Shown here: piece by piece, positions 58,334 to 64,000 of the stretch
Layout: the number at the start of each line of letters is the position of its first letter
How positions within the stretch are numbered: position 1 is the first letter of the stretch
DNA from: an uncultured Acidobacteriota bacterium
Lineage (GTDB): Bacteria; Acidobacteriota; Thermoanaerobaculia; UBA5066; Gp7-AA6
Direction: 5' to 3'
Assembly: GCA_963724465.1 (NCBI GenBank)
Contig: CAVRUT010000003.1
Span: forward strand, 142,854-206,853
DNA length: 64,000 nt
Notes under the pieces: generated by a model
Databases searched by the model: none
Told to the model about the DNA's origin: nothing
What the model saw: the letters and a program-made list of their open reading frames with translations, nothing else
Translations under genes and position numbers: made by a program

Positions 58334-58635
58334 CGAAGCCGATCCGGCAGGCCGCCCGCCGCAGCAAGGCGCGCAACCTCGCCTTCGCCGTCTTCTTCTT
58401 CGTCCTCGGCGTCATCGGCATCCTCATTCCGGTGGTGCCGCAGGTCCCCTTCTTCATCATGAGCGCACTCTTTCTCTCGCTCGTGTCTCCGAGGCTTCGC
58501 CGGGCGATGCGCCGGTGGCGCCACCGGCATCCCAAGCTCGACGCGTCCTACAGGAAGTGGCGCGCGAAAGCGCGCCACAAGCGCCGGCAAGCGATCCACC
58601 ATCGACGCGAACACGGTCCGAAGGGCGCCCACTAA
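58330..58635 (+). CDS. YbaN/DUF454-like small inner-membrane protein
   Basis: GTG 58330 overlaps the pyk stop (GTGA). [42 protein letters not shown]. Confidence 0.5.
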   Translation: MTKPIRQAARRSKARNLAFAVFFFVLGVIGILIPVVPQVPFFIMSALFLSLVSPRLRRAMRRWRHRHPKLDASYRKWRAKARHKRRQAIHHRREHGPKGAH

Positions 58636-58668
58636 GCCGGTCTCCATCGACGCGGCAGCAGCGACTCT

Positions 58669-58837
58669 TCGTTCGCGGCGCGCGAAGTCTCCCGACCGAA
58701 GGAAGGGAGGAGGCGCGCGCCGCGGGAGCCGGAGCGCGAAGCGAGGGGTCAGGCGTGCGGTCGAGCCCGCATCCGGGCGAGCCGGACGCCGGTGCGCCCC
58801 GAAGGGGCGCAGATCCCGCGCGGAGCGGAGGCGACGT
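58669..58837 (+). repeat. ~160-bp three-hairpin intergenic element, copy 3
   Basis: Same core as copies 1 and 2. The outer hairpins carry compensatory substitutions. Confidence 0.8.
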
Positions 58838-59999
58838 TTAGTCCATCTGTCGGCGCAGCACGGTCGGAATGTCGAAATCGTCCCTCGAAGACACGTTCGG
58901 CCCGAAGCCGCCCGAGTCGTCTCCGCGCAGGAAGGGCGGGCGGAGCGTCTTCGAGGCCACGGTCAGGGGCTTCGGCTCCTCCTCGATCTCCGCGAGGTCG
59001 CGCTCGAGGCGGTCGAAACCCGTGGCGATCACGGTGACCTTGACGTTGCCGGCCATCCTCTCGTCGTGCACGCAGCCGAAGAGGATCTCGGCCTCCGGGT
59101 CTGCCGCCTGCTGGATGATCTGCGCCGCCTCGGTGACCTCGAAGAGCGTCAGGTCCGCGCCGCCCGTGATGTTGATGAGGACCCCGCGGGCGCCCTCGAT
59201 GGACGCGTCCTCGAGCAGCGGCGAGCGAGATCGCCGCCTGCGCCGCGTGGATCGCGCGGTTCTCGCCGTCGGCGACGGCCGTGCCCATGAGCGCGCGCCC
59301 CATGTCCGACATGATCTTGCGCACGTCGGCGAAGTCGAGGTTGATCTCGCCGGGGCAGTTGATGAGGTCCGAGATTCCCTGGATCGCCTGGCGCAGCACG
59401 TCGTCGGCGATCTTGAAGGAGTCCTGCAGCGGCGTGTTGCGCTCGACGAAGGCGAGCAGCCGCTGGTTCGGGATCGTGATGAGCGTGTCGACGTGGTCGC
59501 GCAGCTCGCGGGAGGCGCGCTCGGCCTGCCGCATGCGCTTCTTGCCCTCGAACTCGAAGGGCTTGGTGACGACGGCGACCGCGAGGGCCCCGGCCTCGGC
59601 CGCGAGCTTGGCGAGGATCGGGCCCGCGCCCGAGCCCGTGCCGCCGCCGAGACCCATCGCGAGGAAGATCATGTCGGCGCCGGCCACGGCCTGCGCGAGC
59701 TTCTCCTGGTCCTCGAGCGCGGCGTTTCTTCCGACGTCGGGGTCCGCACCCGCGCCGAGGCCCTTGGTCAGGCGCGAGCCGATCTGCAGCTTGTTCGGGG
59801 CCGCGCACTTGCGCAGCGCCTGGAGGTCGGTGTTGCACGCGAAGTACTCGACGCCCTTGACCCCGGCGGCGATCATCCGGTTGACGGCGTTCGATCCGCC
59901 GCCTCCGACGCCGATCACGCGGATCGTGGCCGGCGAGGCGTCGCCCCCGTCCAGCTCGATGGAGAGCTTCGGGTTCTCGTCGTCCATGAACTCGATCAT
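58838..59999 (-). CDS. ftsZ: cell division GTPase FtsZ (one frame break)
   Basis: ATG 59999 follows [27 protein letters not shown]...[13 protein letters not shown]...NLDFADV. After ...AAQAAIS the sequence [22 protein letters not shown]...VTVIATGF continues in ORF 58838..59071. There is a one-base insertion near 59225. Confidence 0.95.
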
Positions 60000-60037
60000 G
60001 GGTCCTTCCCTCCGTCGCCGCGTCTTTTTCGTAGTCA

Positions 60038-61261
60038 TCAAAAGAAGTCCCGGATGAATCGGGAGACCGAGTTGGCCGCGTGAAAGAACGCCCGGGCCCG
60101 CCGCCGAGCCGGCTTGTAGCGGTGACCGTACAACAGAAGACCGGTCGCTGTCGCCCACTCCGGGCGCGAGACCACGTCGACCAGCCCGCCGACGCCCGAC
60201 GGCACGCCGCGACGCACCGGGCCGTCGAAGATCCCCTCGGCGATCTCGACCACGCCCTCGAGCTCGGAGCCGCCGCCCGTCAGCACCACGCCCGAGCGGA
60301 TTTCCTTGTCGAGACCGAGCCTCTGGATGTCCTCGTGGATGAGGCCGAGCAGCTCCTCGGCTCTCGGCTGCAGGATGTCGGCGAGCGTCGTGCGGGGGCA
60401 GAGCTTCGGGGCCCGGCCCCCGACCATGGGGACCTCGACCATCTCGTCTTCGGAGACCGCCGACCGCAGAGCGCAGCCGTACTTCTTCTTCAGGCGCTCG
60501 GCGTCGGTGATCGGCGCCCGCAGGACCACGGCGAGATCGTTGGTGAAGTGGTCGCCGCCGATCGGGATGACCGCGGTGTGGGCGATCGTGCCCTTCTGGT
60601 AGACAGCGACCTCCGTCGTGCCCCCACCGATGTCCACCAGGCAGATTCCGAGCTCCTTCTCGTCGGGCGTCAGGACGGCCTCCGCCGCCGCGAACTGCTC
60701 GAGGACGAGCTGGACGACCTCGATGCCCGCCTTGTTCATGCAGGTCACGATGTTCTGGGTGACCGCCACGGGCGCCGTCACGACGTGGACGTCCACCTCG
60801 AGCCGGCTGCCGATCATTCCGAGCGGGTCGGCGACCCCGTCCTGCCCGTCCACGGCGAAATCGCGGGGCACGACGTGGACGACCTCGTGATCCTGAGGGA
60901 TCTGGACGCCCCGCGCCGCATCGATGACCCGCGCGACGTCCTCCTTGGTGATCTCCCGGTCCTTGCCCGCCACCGCGACGACGCCGCGGCTGTTGAACGA
61001 CCGGACGTGGGAGCCCGAAATCCCCACCCAGGAGCGCGAAATCTGGACTCCTGCCATGATCTCGGCCTCTTCGGCGGCCCGCTTGATCGCCTCGATCGTG
61101 GCGTCCACGTTGATGATGTTGCCCTTGCGGGTCCCGCGGTTGGCCGAGGAACCCTTGCCGATCACGTCGAGCGCCCCGGCGGCGTTCTGCTCCCCGATGA
61201 GGACGCAGATCTTGGACGTGCCGATGTCGCAGGCGACGAGGAAGTTCTCGGGCTTAGCCAT
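60038..61261 (-). CDS. ftsA: cell division protein FtsA
   Basis: Start at ATG 61261. [17 protein letters not shown]...[13 protein letters not shown]...[12 protein letters not shown]. Confidence 0.95.
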   Translation of the reverse strand: MAKPENFLVACDIGTSKICVLIGEQNAAGALDVIGKGSSANRGTRKGNIINVDATIEAIKRAAEEAEIMAGVQISRSWVGISGSHVRSFNSRGVVAVAGKDREITKEDVARVIDAARGVQIPQDHEVVHVVPRDFAVDGQDGVADPLGMIGSRLEVDVHVVTAPVAVTQNIVTCMNKAGIEVVQLVLEQFAAAEAVLTPDEKELGICLVDIGGGTTEVAVYQKGTIAHTAVIPIGGDHFTNDLAVVLRAPITDAERLKKKYGCALRSAVSEDEMVEVPMVGGRAPKLCPRTTLADILQPRAEELLGLIHEDIQRLGLDKEIRSGVVLTGGGSELEGVVEIAEGIFDGPVRRGVPSGVGGLVDVVSRPEWATATGLLLYGHRYKPARRRARAFFHAANSVSRFIRDFF

Positions 61262-61267
61262 CGCTAA

Positions 61268-61352
61268 CCCGTGAACCGTAAGCGCGTGAGCCGTGAGCCG
61301 TGAGGAGCCCGGGATCGATTTCGGCTCACGTGCTACCGGCTCACCGCTCACG
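61268..61352. repeat. heptad-arm hairpin H3
   Basis: CCCGTGAACCGTAAGCGCGTGAGCCGTGAGCCGTGAGG - loop - CGGCTCACGTGCTACCGGCTCACCGCTCACG, located between the ftsQ stop and the ftsA start. Confidence 0.75.
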
Positions 61353-61359
61353 CCCCGCA

Positions 61360-62141
61360 TCAGAGACGATTCCCTGCGCCGTAGGCGCCGACGAGAATGA
61401 TGCGATCGGCAAAACGGAGATCGATGGCCCGCGCCTCCCACCCGCGACTTTCAACGAACCCGCGCGCCTCGAGCAACGCGCGGACCTTTGCCGGCGCGTC
61501 CGTCCGCAGCACGCGAACCGGCTTTCGAAATATCGCGTCCATCATACCGAATCCGCCGTCGGGGAGCGAGGCGATTTCCGACAGCGCCGCGACGTAGTCG
61601 GGGCGCGCCGCGCGCAGATCTTCGATCAGCCCGACCGCATCCGGCAGCAGGCGCCGCTCTCCCGTGACGATCACGTATTCCGTGCGGTCGCGCCGCGGAT
61701 CGTACGGTGCGATGAGGTTGCCGTCGACGCCGACCCACCAGAAGTCCGTGCCGTCGCGGTAGAGCGCGACCGCGCGGCGCTCGGTGATCCGGACCGAGAG
61801 CCCGTCCGGAAAACGCTTCGAGAGCGTGACGCGCTCGATCCAGGGGTGGCCGGACAGCCGGACCGCCATCGGCGCCAGATCGAGCGCGACGAGGTTTCGC
61901 CCGGTCCACTCGCCCGCGACCGCGAGGACTTCCTCGGTGCGGGCGCGGGAGTTGCCGGCCACCTCGAAGCGGCGAAGCGCGAAGCGCGGGCCCGAGACGA
62001 AGCGCGACGAGGCCGAACGCCGCCGCGAGTACGGCGAGGCCGAGCGGCGACGAACTTGAGCGCGGGCGGCTTCCTTCCCCGGCGGGGGACGACCCCCCCG
62101 CGGCGCAGGAAGGGGGCGTCCTTCCTATCCGCGCTGGCCAC
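61360..62141 (-). CDS. ftsQ: cell division protein FtsQ (about two frame breaks near the N-terminus)
   Basis: POTRA and FtsQ body lie in ORF 61360..61962 (RFEVAGNSRARTEEVLAVAG...). The TM PLGLAVLAAAFGLVAL and the N-terminus (GTG 62141) are in two other frames. Breaks near 62040 and 61975. Confidence 0.75.
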
Positions 62142-63511
62142 GCTTCAGGTACTCCTCTCCGAACTTCACGACGTCCCCGGCTCCGAGCGTCAGCAGCAGG
62201 TCCCCGGGAACCAGCGTCTGCTCGAGGCAGTCGACAACTCTTTTCTTTTCATGGACATAGATGACTCGGTCGTGACCGGCGCGGCGGGCGGCCTCGGCCA
62301 CGATTTCACCCGTGACCCCCGGGATCGGCCGCTCGCGCGAGGGGTAGACGTCCATGACGATGTTCAGGTCGGCCGCCGTCGAGCGCCCTGCCGAATTCGT
62401 CGGCGAAGTCGCGCGTCCGCGAGAAGAGGTGAGGCTGGAACAGGGCCACGAGCCGGCGGTCGGGGTAGACCTGCCGCGCCGCCGCGAGGGTCGCGCGGAT
62501 CTCGGTGGGATGGTGGGCGTAGTCGTCCACGACGAGGACGCCACCGCGCTCGCCCTTGAGCTCGAACCGGCGGACGACGCCGGTGAAGGCGGCGAGCGCC
62601 CGCGCGATGATCTCGAACGGGATGAGCAGCTCGCGCCCGGCCGCGACGGCCGCCAGCGCGTTGGAGACGTTGTGGCGCCCGGGAAGCCGAAGGCGCACGG
62701 CTCCGAGCCGGCCCTGTTCCGCGTCCCACACGTCGAAGGTGGTCGAAGTCGCCTCGAGCCGGACGCTGCGAGCCGCGAGGCGCGCGTCGGGGGACTCTCC
62801 GTAGGTGACGACTCGGCGCTTGATCCGCGGCAGGATGCTCCGCGCGCCGGCGTCGTCGGCGCACGCCACGACCGCACCGAAGAAGGGAACGCGGTTGGCG
62901 AACGCCACGAAGGCGTCCAGGATGTCGTCGAGGTCGCGGTACGTGTCGAGGTGGTCGGCCTCGATGTTGGTGATCACGGCCACGACCGGCGTCAGCTCGA
63001 GGAAGGACCGGTCGTACTCGTCCGCTTCCGCCACGAGATAGTCGCCCTTCCCGAGCCGGGCATTGGTCCCGAGGACGTGGACCTGTCCCCCGACGACGAT
63101 CGTCGGGTCGAAGCCGGCCTCCGTCAGGACCATGCCCGTCAGGGACGTCGTGGTCGTCTTGCCGTGCGTGCCCGCGACGGCGACCCCCTGCTTCAAGCGC
63201 ATGATCTCGCCGAGCATCTCGGCGCGGCGGATGACCGGAATGCCCTTTCCCCGGGCGGCTGCGACCTCGGCGTTCGACTCGGCGATGGCCGAGGAAATGA
63301 CCACGAGGTCCGCGCTCTCGACGTGGGACGGGTCGTGGCCGAGGGCGATCTTCGCTCCCAGCCGCTCGAGCCGCGCGGTGACGTCCGAGCGGGCGAGGTC
63401 GCAGCCGGAGATCTCGAGCGGCGTGGCCTGGAGCAGGACCTCCGCGATTCCGCTCATCCCGACGCCCCCCGCGCCCACGAAGTGCAGGCGCCGCAGACGC
63501 AGGAACCTCAC
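62125..63511 (-). CDS. murC: UDP-N-acetylmuramate--L-alanine ligase (one frame break)
   Basis: LHFVGAGGVGMSGIAEVL...VAVAGTHGKTTTTS...EADEYDRSF...DDYAHHP. The C-terminus AADLNIVMDVYPSRERPIPGVTGE... is in ORF 62125..62877. Break near 62380. Confidence 0.9.
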
Positions 63512-64000
63512 CGGGCTACCTCCGCTTCGAACAGCAGGCGCGCCAGGTCGCGCGCCGCGTCGGGCCGCGCGAGCGATCTAGCCTTCTGCCCCATCGCCGC
63601 CAGCCGCGAGCGGTCCTTGAAGAGCTCCGCGATCGTCCCGGCGAGGGTCTCGGCCGTGAAGTCCTTCTCGGCGATCACGACGGCCGCGCCGGCCCTCGCC
63701 AGGGCCCGGGCGTTCTCGAGCTGGTGCCCCGCGGCCGCCGCGCCGAAGGGCACGAGAATCGAGGTCCGCCCAGCGGCGGCGAGCTCGGCCACGGTCATCG
63801 CCCCGGCGCGCGAGACGACGAGGTCCGCGGCCGCCATCTGCTCCCAGAGGCGAGGCAGAAAGGATTCGAGCCTCCACCCGGCGGGCATCCGAGGGTAGCG
63901 CTGTCGCGTGCCCGCGAGATCCTTTTCGCCCGTCTGGTGCACGACCTCGAGGGCCGACTTCTCGAGCAGCACCGCTGCCCGCGCCATCGCCCGGTTGAGG
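63508..64000 (-). CDS. murG: MurG glycosyltransferase, C-terminal part (5' end outside the window)
   Basis: AADLVVSRAGAMTVAELAAAGRTSILVPFGAAAAGHQLENARAL. ATGA-type overlap with the murC start. Confidence 0.85.
   Translation of the reverse strand, partial: LNRAMARAAVLLEKSALEVVHQTGEKDLAGTRQRYPRMPAGWRLESFLPRLWEQMAAADLVVSRAGAMTVAELAAAGRTSILVPFGAAAAGHQLENARALARAGAAVVIAEKDFTAETLAGTIAELFKDRSRLAAMGQKARSLARPDAARDLARLLFEAEVAR

Overview
GC-rich bacterial chromosomal segment; codon third positions are almost all G/C. The gene content looks like an Acidobacteriota-type diderm: mglBA, many eukaryotic-like kinases fused to PD40 propellers, MacB/FtsX-type permeases. I cannot verify that lineage call. All product calls come from motif recognition in the supplied translations; no searches were run.

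Gene content, left to right:
- Secreted hypothetical (partial), amidohydrolase, 3-hydroxyacyl-CoA dehydrogenase, membrane protein, decayed FkbM methyltransferase, DUF4149 protein and an MqnA/MqnD-family protein.
- A low-GC intergenic unit encoding a 19-codon Lys-rich ORF.
- PadR plus a Tat-exported three-subunit molybdo-oxidoreductase (xanthine dehydrogenase family).
- mglB-mglA, then ffs(SRP RNA)-dnaX-ybaB-recR, then an ECF sigma/anti-sigma pair.
- tRNA-Ser(GGA) with a duplicated 5' half, a CGNR zinc-finger protein and an FHA-GGDEF protein.
- Two minus-strand arrays totalling seven receptor Ser/Thr kinases with PD40/TolB-like propellers plus one remnant (18.2-38.6 kb), interrupted by a plus-strand S9 peptidase gene.
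- htpX, three tandem FtsX/MacB-type permeases and a membrane-fusion protein.
- tRNA-Arg(ACG)-tadA, a secreted protein with SLH-like repeats, tRNA-Ser(CGA), an ABC-2 transporter and an OmpA-like lipoprotein.
- tRNA-Glu(CTC) followed by a 3.6-kb region in which the tRNA 3' end is repeated four more times between one- or two-gene segments.
- A protein with an LPKTAS sorting signal, pyk, and the dcw-cluster end murG-murC-ftsQ-ftsA-ftsZ.

Three repeat families are not explained by genes:
- A ~160-bp three-hairpin element (3 copies).
- Intercistronic hairpins whose arms are tandem CCGTGAG heptads (3 copies).
- The tRNA-Glu-derived units.

Caveat: at least ~40 reading-frame breaks are visible, including in ftsZ, murC, ftsQ, dnaX and pyk. 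Most are therefore probably assembly indels, not real pseudogenes. Coordinates of frame-broken genes span all fragments.
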